Source: an uncultured virus (IMG/VR IMGVR_UViG_3300037307_000895) (Duplodnaviria > Heunggongvirae > Uroviricota > Caudoviricetes). Taken from it: DNA of 64,000 bases. Positions 51,660 to 61,283 of this stretch are shown one piece after another. How positions within the stretch are numbered: the first letter of the stretch is position 1; each line of letters opens with the position of its first letter. The notes under the pieces were generated by a model. It was given only the letters and a program-made list of their open reading frames with translations. It did no database searches and was not told the DNA's origin. The translations under genes were made by a program, and so were the position numbers. The DNA lies in the IMG/VR virus record IMGVR_UViG_3300037307_000895; one strand, given 5' to 3'.

Positions 51660-52719
51660 GTTATATGCGATATTAGCCATGCCTCTTTCCATAAAAAGAG
51701 ATAGACAACTTTCGGGAATATTGGATAGTGATTATATTGATAATTATCCAAATAAGATGTATATATCACACTATGGAAATAGCATATACATTAGTTCTAA
51801 TTTTTCATTTATAAAAACATGGAAGACATACAATGGTTGTTTAAACTTTTTAGATAAAGTTATAAATAAATCTGGATCATTTTATAATCCAATTTTTCAA
51901 GATGGTACTGATCAAAACATATATGATTGGTCTAACTGCATTTATGAGGTCGCCAGTATTGAAAAAGAGTGGAACCTACATATTGATAAGAAAATAAGTC
52001 AAGAAAATAAAAGGCATGAGGTTACTATTGATAAACTTTTAAAATCAAAAATACAATGGGATATACAAGATACTACACCATAAAAAATAATTTAGATGAA
52101 ACTAAATTTAAAGAATATTCAAAAATTTGTAAAGAAGTTTGTGAATATTTACAAAAAGAATATGATTATAATTTAGTAAACTATGAGGGGGTAGAAGGAA
52201 CACAACCAGAATTTACTGATAAATTAATATCATTTAACGGTGAAGAAGATCTATCACACGAGTCATTTTCAATCTCAACTATGGGAAGTGGTTTTGATTT
52301 TACGAAAACTGCACGGAAACCATACGACTCTTCAGTTTTAGCTTGTTTATATTTAGCTAAGAAAATTTTCAAAGATAGTATAGATATATCAAGCGATGGT
52401 GAAAATGATGATGAGGAAATCATACCATTAGTAGAATTATTTATTAGAGATAAAAAATTAGAAACTGTATTAAATTAATTATATGACTAAAGAAATTAAA
52501 ATCGGAAATTACTGGAAAACTATTTATGAAGTTAACTATTCACCCGAAGTTGCACAAAAAGTTTTAGATAAAATCATTGAATGGATGGGTGAACACTCAG
52601 CCGCTCATAGTGGCGAGGGAATCATGCAAAATGATGATTGTCTAATTGATGCACCTGAATTGATATCTGATATAATTGATGATATTTTGAAACCAAAATA
52701 TTTAAGAGAAGAAGAATAA
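51634..52719 (+). CDS. Three hypothetical ORFs (51634-52083, 52056-52478, 52483-52719)
   Basis: Contiguous ORFs; second has MGYT...FNG...HE.F...KTARKPYD...SSDG and C-terminal RDKKLETVL. Confidence 0.55.
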
Positions 52720-52771
52720 TTTTTTATCTCAACTTTTATTATTACCTTTATAAAAATTAAAAACAATAAAT

Positions 52772-52993
52772 ATGAAAACAATTCTTAGTAATGGAGTTTA
52801 CGATCGTGTAACCGATGAAGTTGCTGACCACGAAGTTAAAATGGGTCGAGCAAAATTTGTTCCCAAATCTGAGTGGAAAAAGAATGTTCGTGATGTAGAA
52901 AAGGCAGCACGAGCCGAAGCTGAAAAGGCAAAAGCAGAAGCTAAAGCTGCCAAAGCTGAAACTAAGGTCGATAAGGCTAAAAGGAAGGGATAA
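52772..52993 (+). CDS. Small protein with Ala/Lys-rich tail
   Basis: 73 aa, AEAEKAKAEAKAAKAE. Confidence 0.6.
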   Translation: MKTILSNGVYDRVTDEVADHEVKMGRAKFVPKSEWKKNVRDVEKAARAEAEKAKAEAKAAKAETKVDKAKRKG

Positions 52994-52998
52994 AAAAG

Positions 52999-53087
52999 AA
53001 AAATTGATTAGATAGGCTGGTCAAAAACCATATTGACTGTAAGATAGAGCAAATACTATGGTAGTGAAAATCCTTAAATCAATTTTT
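52999..53087 (+). ncRNA. Candidate structured RNA with H-type pseudoknot
   Basis: 11-bp closing stem 52999-53009/53077-53087; hairpin tggtcaa/ttgactg; loop accata complementary to tatggt 53057-53062. Confidence 0.4.
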
Positions 53088-53091
53088 AAAT

Positions 53092-53163
53092 GGTCCCATA
53101 GTTAAATGGATATAACGACTGCCTTCTAAGCAGTGGTTCCAAGTTCGATTCTTGGTGGGACTA
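53092..53163 (+). tRNA. tRNA-Arg(TCT)
   Basis: GGTCCCA/TGGGACT acceptor, ACTGC-CTTCTAA-GCAGT anticodon arm, CCAAG-TTCGATT-CTTGG T arm. Confidence 0.93.
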
Positions 53164-53171
53164 CGATTAAC

Positions 53172-53314
53172 AATCACCAATTAATAACAAACAGTAGTAG
53201 AAGATACAGAGTAGAGTACATCTGTCTGGGCTTTTTGGAATCTCTACCTACTATTCTCAAGTTCTAAGGGTGAGTAGTTTGTGTTAATAAAGCCGTCCTT
53301 AGAAGGCGGTGATT
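53172..53314 (+). ncRNA. Candidate multi-helix ncRNA with kissing loops
   Basis: aatcacc/ggtgatt closure, nested helices, loops ttctaagg (53262-53269) and ccttagaa (53297-53304) complementary. Confidence 0.55.
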
Positions 53315-53320
53315 TTAATT

Positions 53321-53350
53321 AAAAATCCTCTCATTTGAGAGGATTTTTTT
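53321..53350. terminator. Intrinsic terminator
   Basis: aaaaatcctctca / tgagaggattttt plus T-tract. Confidence 0.85.
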
Positions 53351-53355
53351 AATTT

Positions 53356-53598
53356 TTAGCCTTTATCTTGTGATTTAAAGCACCACCTGCAACCATTGAA
53401 TCCACTGTTTAAATAGTGAGTGGCCGCGAATTTTGTCACATTTTTGTAATTATCCATTACTTCTAAATTACAATTGTCTTGTTTGTTTGGTAAATAGTGA
53501 ACTTCTCTTGAGTTGAAATTTACCCTGTATTTATAACCAACAAAACGATTTAGAGAAACTTCTAAGTTAGAAAATAACTTTTTGAAAAAGTATTTCAT
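53356..53598 (-). CDS. Small protein with H/C/CxxC metal-binding pattern
   Basis: EVH...C...GCRWC; preceded by TAATATATA (-). Confidence 0.55.
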   Translation of the reverse strand: MKYFFKKLFSNLEVSLNRFVGYKYRVNFNSREVHYLPNKQDNCNLEVMDNYKNVTKFAATHYLNSGFNGCRWCFKSQDKG

Positions 53599-53696
53599 AA
53601 ATATTTTTTATTTTTTATTATATATTAATTTAAAAAATCAAGAAAAATTAATTATATTTGTTGTTAAAACATAATATATAACAAAAAAGTATATTA

Positions 53697-54170
53697 TTGA
53701 TGAATAAATTTTCAGAATATTTTTTAAAGGAAGGAATGAGTAAAAACTGGAAAATCGGCTTGGACTTACATGGCGTTATAAGTGATATGCCTGAATTTTT
53801 CGCATTTCTGACAGATATTTTAGTCAAGTCAGGTTGTGAAGTTCATATAATAACTGGAGGTGCCACCGATGATGATAAACAACTATTAAGAGATTATAAC
53901 ATACAATACACACACTTTTTTTCTATTGTAGATTATCATAGAAAAATAGGTACACCAACATCAGGAAAACATCCAAAATATGGATTTGAAATGATAAGTG
54001 ATGAAGAATGGGATAAAACAAAGGGAGAATATTGTAAAGAGAATGGAATTGATATGCATATTGATGATACTCTAATTTATAATAATTATTTTTCTACTCC
54101 ATTCTGTAGATTATGGTCTCATAATAATCACGCAAAACCAGAACACAAAGATCCAAGACATTTAGATTAA
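53697..54170 (+). CDS. HAD-superfamily protein
   Basis: IGLDLHGV, IITG, K, HIDD. Confidence 0.7.
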   Translation: MMNKFSEYFLKEGMSKNWKIGLDLHGVISDMPEFFAFLTDILVKSGCEVHIITGGATDDDKQLLRDYNIQYTHFFSIVDYHRKIGTPTSGKHPKYGFEMISDEEWDKTKGEYCKENGIDMHIDDTLIYNNYFSTPFCRLWSHNNHAKPEHKDPRHLD

Positions 54171-54175
54171 AATAT

Positions 54176-54666
54176 ATGTATAAATTAGAAATAATAGATA
54201 ATCAAATAGAAAATTACTATGAGAGTAATGTCTATGTGTGGAAACGTAAGTTTTTTTGGCAAAAAGAAAAATGGGTTTTCGTCGAAGGGCATAAATTAGG
54301 TAAAAAATACATTTGTCCAGAAATATATCATAAAAAGATTACCATAGAAGATTATTTTAAACGAGAATTGTATTATATAAAGAAACGATATAACTTTAAT
54401 GAAATTCACAATATATCAATAAATGTATGAATAAAGAAGAAATAGAAAAGATGTTTAATGGTAGGTTTGTATTAAGCCCGACAACATACGATCATAATAC
54501 ATTTGCGCCCTCATTTAATTTTTTTGATAAAAGATATCAAAAGGCATATTCGATAAAAATGAACGCTACTGACTATGATAAATTTAGAATCGAATACCTA
54601 TCAGATATTGTAAAAAATGATATTGAGACAATTAGGGATGAAAAAATAAATGAAATTTTAAAATGA
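54176..54666 (+). CDS. Two small ORFs (54176-54430, 54427-54666)
   Basis: Second ends RDEKINEILK. Confidence 0.55.
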
Positions 54667-55091
54667 CAAGTATAAGTTCAGGAATAGCTATTTTATATAA
54701 AAATAAAATTTTACTTTGTCATCCAACAAATTTGCCTTGGAGAAATAGTTTTTCTATTCCTAAAGGTGGTGTGGATGATGGAGAAAGTTTAATAGATGCT
54801 GCTATAAGAGAAACAAAAGAAGAAGTTGGAATAACTATTAATAAAGAACAAATAGAAAATATTGAAGATCCTATTGAAGTGCTTTATATTAATAAAGCTG
54901 GTAAACTCTTCAAAAAATGTTATGTTTTTATTGTTAAGATAAAAGATTTGAGTGAAATAAATGTCAACTTTGAAACATTAGATAAAGAAATGCTACAAGC
55001 AACAGAAGTTGATTGGGCAGGATTTATAACTAAGGAAGAAGCTGATGAAAAAATATTTTATCGATTCAAACCTATATTGAATTTAATATGA
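54663..55091 (+). CDS. NUDIX hydrolase
   Basis: PKGGVDDGESLIDAAIRETKEEVG. Confidence 0.9.
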   Translation: MTSISSGIAILYKNKILLCHPTNLPWRNSFSIPKGGVDDGESLIDAAIRETKEEVGITINKEQIENIEDPIEVLYINKAGKLFKKCYVFIVKIKDLSEINVNFETLDKEMLQATEVDWAGFITKEEADEKIFYRFKPILNLI

Positions 55092-55661
55092 ATGATATAA
55101 ATTTAGATAATCCAATTTTTGTTTATTATATAAATGTTCAAAGTTATTCACCACAATATGTAGATCAGATGGTTCAGAATATAAAAAATTCTTTTCCTTC
55201 TAATATTACATTATGGGTGGTTCCTTGTGATTATACCAAAATAGAATGTGTTTTCGATGGATGGAAGATGAAATCCGAATCTTTGAAAAAAATATATACA
55301 TTAATTGAAGAAATGGATGCAGATAATCCTAATTTTGGAGAATTAAAACGACAAATAAGAGAAATTTTACTTATTGATATAATAAATGGCTAATGATAAA
55401 TCTAAATATGATAAATTAGAAAAAGAATATACAGAATCTTGTATTTCTGAATATTATGAGGATTGGGAAAGTTATAATAATTTCTATCCGTCATATTGGG
55501 ATTGGCAAGAAGATTATAGTTACAATTATGATTATTATGTAAATTCTGATGGAGTTAAATTATGTGTTCCTTTTGGTTTACAATATGAAAGGCAGATGAA
55601 GTTAGATGAATTATTGGGTTTAAATAAAAAGCCGACCATCGGAGATATACTTAAAAAATAA
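55088..55661 (+). CDS. Two hypothetical ORFs (55088-55393, 55386-55661)
   Basis: Second is Tyr/acidic with RQMKLDELL motif. Confidence 0.5.
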
Positions 55662-55707
55662 TTTTTTATTTCAGTTTTTATTCGTATCTTTGTAAAAATC
55701 ACAAGAT

Positions 55708-55845
55708 ATGTCAGACCTGTATATTTACATGGAAGAACTGAAAATGAATAAAGACCCTGAATACTATGACTTTATTTGTCAGATGGAAAGGGAACTTCTT
55801 GAACAGCAAATGATGGAGGAACTCAAAGAAGAATTTAACTCTTAA
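55708..55845 (+). CDS. Small acidic protein not in the ORF track (45 aa, MSDLYIYMEELK...EEFNS)
   Basis: Follows TATCTTTG at 55685-55692; ATG to TAA open frame. Confidence 0.55.
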   Translation: MSDLYIYMEELKMNKDPEYYDFICQMERELLEQQMMEELKEEFNS

Positions 55846-55846
55846 T

Positions 55847-55918
55847 GGTTGTGTGGCCGAGTGAATTAGGCTTAGGACTGCAAATCCTACTACGGTGGTT
55901 TGAATCCACCCCCAACCT
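55847..55918 (+). tRNA. tRNA-Cys(GCA)
   Basis: TAGGA-CTGCAAA-TCCTA anticodon arm, GGTGG-TTTGAAT-CCACC T arm, U73 discriminator; one acceptor-stem mismatch. Confidence 0.85.
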
Positions 55919-55931
55919 CAAATAAATTGTT

Positions 55932-56264
55932 ATGGTAAAGTTAAAAAAAATTGACGCGTCTAAAAGTAATTTTGGACCCGCATTTGGAGGCAAATCTGGT
56001 AAAACTGACTTTTATACAATTTTTTATAATAATAAAGAAGTTGGAGAAGTTGAGTTCAATCCTAAACAAAGTGAGATTATGTCTATATACATAGATAATA
56101 CCTTTCGAGGTAAAGGAATTGCTCAAACTACAATCGAATATTTATTCGATATTTATCAAATCGATAAAATAGTAGCATGGGCGGCTAAAACAAGTATTCC
56201 TTTTTGGCGCAAAGTAGCCACGAAAGAATTACCAAACGATTATTTTGTAATTGAAAAAAAATAA
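55932..56264 (+). CDS. GNAT-family acetyltransferase
   Basis: IYI...FRGKGIA, SIPFWRK. Confidence 0.75.
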   Translation: MVKLKKIDASKSNFGPAFGGKSGKTDFYTIFYNNKEVGEVEFNPKQSEIMSIYIDNTFRGKGIAQTTIEYLFDIYQIDKIVAWAAKTSIPFWRKVATKELPNDYFVIEKK

Positions 56265-56272
56265 AAAATTTT

Positions 56273-58820
56273 ATGACATTTGAACAAATTTGCATGTGGT
56301 GGTTTATAATTGGTATCATCAATGCTTTTATTAATGGTGCAATTAGAAAAATAGATACTGATGGAAATATGTTATTAGCTTGGGGATGGGTTGTGTTTTG
56401 GTTTATGACCCCGATTGGACTTATTGCAAGGAATCTTAAAAATATCGAAAATACACTTAATAAACTTTCATGAAATACATTGTTTGGAGAACACCCTTTA
56501 AATCATTTGATTATCCACAAGGTGATGGATATTTTGTTAGATGGAAGAATAAATGTTCAGACGAATTCTCACCAAAATGGTTTGATGCTAAAAAATATAC
56601 AAGTATTGGTTCGGCTCTTAACAGATTGGGCATTGAAATAAATGATCATATTCATTCTTTTGAAGATTTTTATAAAATTAATAGAGTTGATTTTTTCAAA
56701 AAAAGAGAAGACACCATTTCTGAAATATTAGGTGAAGAAAAAAATAACTCTTTATTTTTTATCAAAGGTCATATAGACAAAATAGATGATAAAGGAAATT
56801 TTGTCGGGAATGCTGCTGAAGATATTATCAATTATATTGAAAGTGTCATAGAACAGAACATAGGAAAAAGTAAAAGTTTAAAAAAGAAATTTGAGAAACT
56901 CGGAGTCGATAGTTACATTGACAATTCAATATCTGATGAAGATTTTTGGAAAGAAGTTTTAAAATAAAATAGAATGAAAATAGAATATACCATAGAAGAT
57001 ATAATAGCCGCAGCACAGTATGGTTTCAAATATGCCATTGAAAGTCAAAATGATGGCAAATCTGTTCCTGTTGGGAATATTATGCAATGGATGATGAATA
57101 AAAAAGGTTTAATTACTGTTCCCAAAGATTTTCATAATATTATTTTATCAGAGAGGATCAAAGGAATTATGTCAATTTTACCACCCTCATATAGTGAATT
57201 AGGAATAGTTGGTGGAGATAAGTATATTCAACACATACCGGATGATGTTGAAAAAGCACAATCTGATTTCTTAAAACTATGCTCGGAGGAATTAAAAAAT
57301 GATATTTATATTGATGATAAAATTCACAGACAAGGTATAATTGGTAGATATTTGGATGATTGTGGCATTCCAATTTTATATAAAGTATGGAATAGGTTTA
57401 TGTGTATTGATGAATTATATCGTGAATGGGAGCAACCTTATTACGCTTTTAATTTTAAAAAATATAATGAAACAAATTCAGAATGTGTAAACAAGAAAAA
57501 TCCTAAAATAATTCAATATTTTAGAGATAGAAAAATAGAAAATATTTTATGAGTTGGAGTGTAAAGACATATAAACTTATGAAAACCTTACATCCGATTG
57601 ATGTATTTGACATAATAACAAGGGGGAAGTTTCCCGAACAATGTGAAAGTGAAAGAAAGATAATAGATGAAATTTATGGGGGTGGAATAGATTGGGAAAG
57701 TAAATTAAGATTGGATTCACTTAATTTGTATATATCAGACACATCAATATCTTTATTTACCCGTGTGGAAGAAATTAATGATGTAAAAAATGAGATAGAA
57801 AAATTAGGATTTAAGCCGTATGAACAATTTTATAATGATAGTTATTATAATGTTGGTTTTGCTTATACTTATGATGATTTTGATCTAGCTTATAAAGAAT
57901 GGAATAGAAATAAAATAATAGAAAAAATAATTTAAAAATTAATAATATGGGATGTGACATTCATTTTTATGTAGAAAAGTGGTCTGATGGTACTTACGAT
58001 GGACCATCATCATTGTTGGAAAACCGAGACAATAAAATAACAGACATCGTTGGCGGTGAAAAAAGCTTTAGATGGGTAAGTGCAGATAAATGGACTAAAG
58101 AACTTGACGGTTCATGGGATGTTGATTATGATGATAAATATTACAAAGGTAGAAATTACTATTTATTTTCTATTTTGGCTGATGTTAGAAATTATGAAGA
58201 TAAAAACATGGCAATACAACCACCTAGAGGTGTTCCCAAAGATGTATCTGATGGAGTTTCCTATATTTTAAAAAGGTGGGAAGGTGACTATCACACACCA
58301 TCATTTTATGGATTGCACGAACTATTAAATGTTGATTGGTCTAAATATGAAGAAGAATGGTTGGAAGAATTTAAAGGAACTATAGAGAAAATGAAATTGG
58401 TAGATTCAAATCCGCTCAATGTTAGATGTGTATTCTTTTTTGATAATTAAAAAATAAAATAAAATTAAAATGGCAAAATTATTTTGTGCGAAAGTAAGTC
58501 ATAACCCTTACAAAGAAGAAATGATAACAGAAATTCCAGAAAGGGCAATTCTGATTGATGGTTATGAAGTAGGAGAAAGACTATTAGAAGGTATTCTTTT
58601 TACAGTTTACTTCAATGACAGTGGTGTAACTGGTGTTAAAATTGAAAACGATAGTCAACGTAATTATTTTGAAAGTAATCTTAACTCACGAAAATGGTAT
58701 AGAGAAGTAAAAAATTACGTTGAAGAGTGGATTCTTGAAGGAGATGAAGTGTCTATTCCTGCTTGGCTAGAGAAGAAATATTTTAAAAATGGAATAAATT
58801 GTGCATTTATTGAGCCATAA
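56273..58820 (+). CDS. Six hypothetical ORFs (56273-56473, 56470-56967, 56974-57552, 57549-57935, 57947-58450, 58470-58820)
   Basis: Contiguous same-strand ORFs; tags REDTISEIL, RDRKIENIL, RNKIIEKII, RDNKITDIV; 57947 has MGCDIH...RNY.LF..LADVRN...FFDN. Confidence 0.6.
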
Positions 58821-58904
58821 TTAAAATCTTTTCTTTATATTTATAGGAAATTTAAAAATCGATAAAAAAAGTTTATTAGGGGTATAAAACTAAAAAATAT
58901 ATTT

Positions 58905-59303
58905 ATGAGTATGTTAATTAATCTTCTCTTTTTCATATCTGGCGGCATTACCTCAATTGGATTACTATCTATCATACGAAAAATAAAAAAACATAAAGTT
59001 GCTGAACCCACTTACCTACGCAAAGGTTTACATAAAAGATCTTTTAACATAACAAGTGGATTAGGGGCAAAGTCAACAATGGATGTAGAATTTGAAGTTG
59101 GAGAAATTGAGTCTTCATCAAAAAAGTCCAAGATTAAAATATTAAACACTTGGATAGCTCAATCTCAACATGATAATGATGATAATAAGGAAAAAATCAA
59201 ATCTATGGTTGATGGAACATGGATAGATAAAAATGATGTAGAGTGGCTTGAAAATTCTCTTGATGTTGAGAGAGAGGAAAAGCTTAAAAAAATATTAAAT
59301 TAA
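58905..59303 (+). CDS. Membrane-anchored protein with C-terminal REEKLKKILN tag
   Basis: N-terminal hydrophobic helix. Confidence 0.6.
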   Translation: MSMLINLLFFISGGITSIGLLSIIRKIKKHKVAEPTYLRKGLHKRSFNITSGLGAKSTMDVEFEVGEIESSSKKSKIKILNTWIAQSQHDNDDNKEKIKSMVDGTWIDKNDVEWLENSLDVEREEKLKKILN

Positions 59304-59404
59304 CGTCTATTGTAGTTAAACATTTTAAATATATATTTGTATAATTAGAATAGACGGCAATTTACGGCATTTGATGAAAATCAAAATAAAAATTAAACGG
59401 TATT

Positions 59405-60010
59405 ATGTTAAATTCAACGGCAATTAAATCATTTTCAGAACACGAAAAAATCTTTAAAGAAAGAACAGGAAACGACTTTACTCATTTTTACAAAAAGTAT
59501 TATCCAAAATTAATTTACTACACATCAAAAATGTGTAATGATCAACAAAAAGCAGAAGATGTCACTACTGAATCATTCATGACAGCCTTCGAGAAAATCG
59601 ACAAATACGAAAAAGAAAAATCACAATTTTCAACATGGTTATTTACTATTGCAAGAAATATCATGTTGCAAGAAATTAAAAATCAAAAGAAAACAATATC
59701 CATTGATGTTGAAGTGGACGAAGAAGGCACCACTCTTAAGGATTTTATTCAAGAAGAAGACTCAAAAGAACATATTGTTGACTTATCTACAAGAAAAGCA
59801 GATATAATGAAAAATCATATATCTAGACTTAAAGACCCTTATAAAAAAGTAATTGAAATGAGGGAAATTAAAAAGATGGCTTATAAAGATATCGCAGAAG
59901 AACTTGGCAAGAATCTGTCAACAATTAAATCACAGATAAGAAACGGAAGAGCTTTACTTATAAATCAAACTAAAAAAGAGTTTGATATGCTCGACGAAAT
60001 GTACTTATAA
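59405..60010 (+). CDS. ECF-type RNA polymerase sigma factor
   Basis: AEDV...F..AF.KI..Y...QFSTWLFTIARN (region 2); YKDIAEELG...TIKSQI..GR (region 4). Confidence 0.9.
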   Translation: MLNSTAIKSFSEHEKIFKERTGNDFTHFYKKYYPKLIYYTSKMCNDQQKAEDVTTESFMTAFEKIDKYEKEKSQFSTWLFTIARNIMLQEIKNQKKTISIDVEVDEEGTTLKDFIQEEDSKEHIVDLSTRKADIMKNHISRLKDPYKKVIEMREIKKMAYKDIAEELGKNLSTIKSQIRNGRALLINQTKKEFDMLDEMYL

Positions 60011-60045
60011 AACTTTTTAGTTATATAAAAATATAATTATAAAAT

Positions 60046-60375
60046 ATGATAAATAATATGGCATACATAACAGAACTAAATGATAATAACTTCAATTCTT
60101 TTGTAGAAAAGAATGTTACAATGGTAGATATATGGGCTCCATGGTGTGGTCCTTGCCGTCAAATATCTCCCATTGTAGATGAACTATCAGTACAATTCTT
60201 AGGGAAACTAAGTGTAGGAAAATTAAATGCTGATGATTGTCCTAATACTATAGGAGACTTAGAAATAAGAAGCATACCTACTATCTTAATCTTCAAAGAT
60301 GGTCAAGTTGTTGAAAAATCAATAGGATTAGTTAGTAAACAAAAATTATCTGAATTAGTGGAAAAACACTTATAA
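60046..60375 (+). CDS. trxA: Thioredoxin
   Basis: WAPWCGPC, IRSIPT...FKDG. Confidence 0.93.
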   Translation: MINNMAYITELNDNNFNSFVEKNVTMVDIWAPWCGPCRQISPIVDELSVQFLGKLSVGKLNADDCPNTIGDLEIRSIPTILIFKDGQVVEKSIGLVSKQKLSELVEKHL

Positions 60376-60411
60376 ATTCTGAACACAGAGCGGCAATGCT
60401 AAACGCCACCC

Positions 60412-60441
60412 AAAAAAGTCATCAATATTGATGACTTTTTT
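60412..60441. terminator. Hairpin terminator
   Basis: aaaaaagtcatcaa / ttgatgactttttt. Confidence 0.7.
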
Positions 60442-60455
60442 TGTATATTTGTAAT

Positions 60456-60785
60456 ATGGAAGATAAAAAATATAATACTTACTTACTTTATTTCTATGAT
60501 GAAAATATAGAAGAAGAAAATACTTGTGGACAAACACTATCGTTAGAAAAAGCTAAAGAACAAGAAGAATATGGAACATGGGTTGGGGGTATTTTTCAAA
60601 TGAATAAAGAACAAATACTAAAACAAGTTTGGGATAAAGATGATGTTGATATTTTTGTAAGTCAAAATTTGGAATGTTCTGAATGGACTTTTAAAATTAA
60701 TAAAAATGATGATTTTCGAGGATATTTAAACTACAATCCAATTGAAAAAAAACGTGAATATAGAATATCATCTATTTTTCATTAA
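60456..60785 (+). CDS. Hypothetical protein, C-terminal REYRISSIF tag
   Basis: ATG 60456; the track's TTG start overlaps a TATATTTG promoter box. Confidence 0.55.
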   Translation: MEDKKYNTYLLYFYDENIEEENTCGQTLSLEKAKEQEEYGTWVGGIFQMNKEQILKQVWDKDDVDIFVSQNLECSEWTFKINKNDDFRGYLNYNPIEKKREYRISSIFH

Positions 60786-61205
60786 CTCATTAAAAAGCAA
60801 TTTGTCATGTCTTAATATGTGTTCATCTATCCACTTATTTAAAAATATTGCAATATCAACTAGAAAATAGGGTTTTGAATCATCGTTTCCCCTTTGAAGT
60901 GCATACTTTTCAATTTGTCCGGTAATAAATTCTGGAAATTTTTTATGATCAGATATATGAGCTCTTATATCATCGCATAATGGTTTGTCCCCTATATGAT
61001 TAATTATAAAATCCTCTAAATATTTATTTTCAGTTTTAAAATGATAAGTCGAATAAGCGACAAGATCAATAAGATGTCTATCAACATTTTTGCCTTCATA
61101 ATCAACAATATCTTTGTAAATGGACGCAATTATATTAAATAGTTTCTTATGTTGATCGTCAATTTCCGGGACACCTAGAATATGCTCTTCTGAAAAATGT
61201 TTCAT
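60768..61205 (-). CDS. Bacteriohemerythrin
   Basis: GV.EIDDQHKKLF, HF..E, H...H..F, W...HI...D iron ligands. Confidence 0.85.
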   Translation of the reverse strand: MKHFSEEHILGVPEIDDQHKKLFNIIASIYKDIVDYEGKNVDRHLIDLVAYSTYHFKTENKYLEDFIINHIGDKPLCDDIRAHISDHKKFPEFITGQIEKYALQRGNDDSKPYFLVDIAIFLNKWIDEHILRHDKLLFNELMKNR

Positions 61206-61283
61206 TTTTTTAAAATTTTTCTCCTGCCTTATGTATTAAATAAAAAAAACGTCTTTTTTCTAAAAAAATAATATATTTGCAAT

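Noticed and set aside
52772..53163. Possible Arg attenuator ahead of tRNA-Arg(TCT)
   Set aside because: The upstream ORF has no clustered AGA codons and no terminator/antiterminator pair is evident.
55685..55918. Possible Cys attenuator ahead of tRNA-Cys
   Set aside because: The 45-aa ORF has only one Cys and there is no terminator between it and the tRNA.
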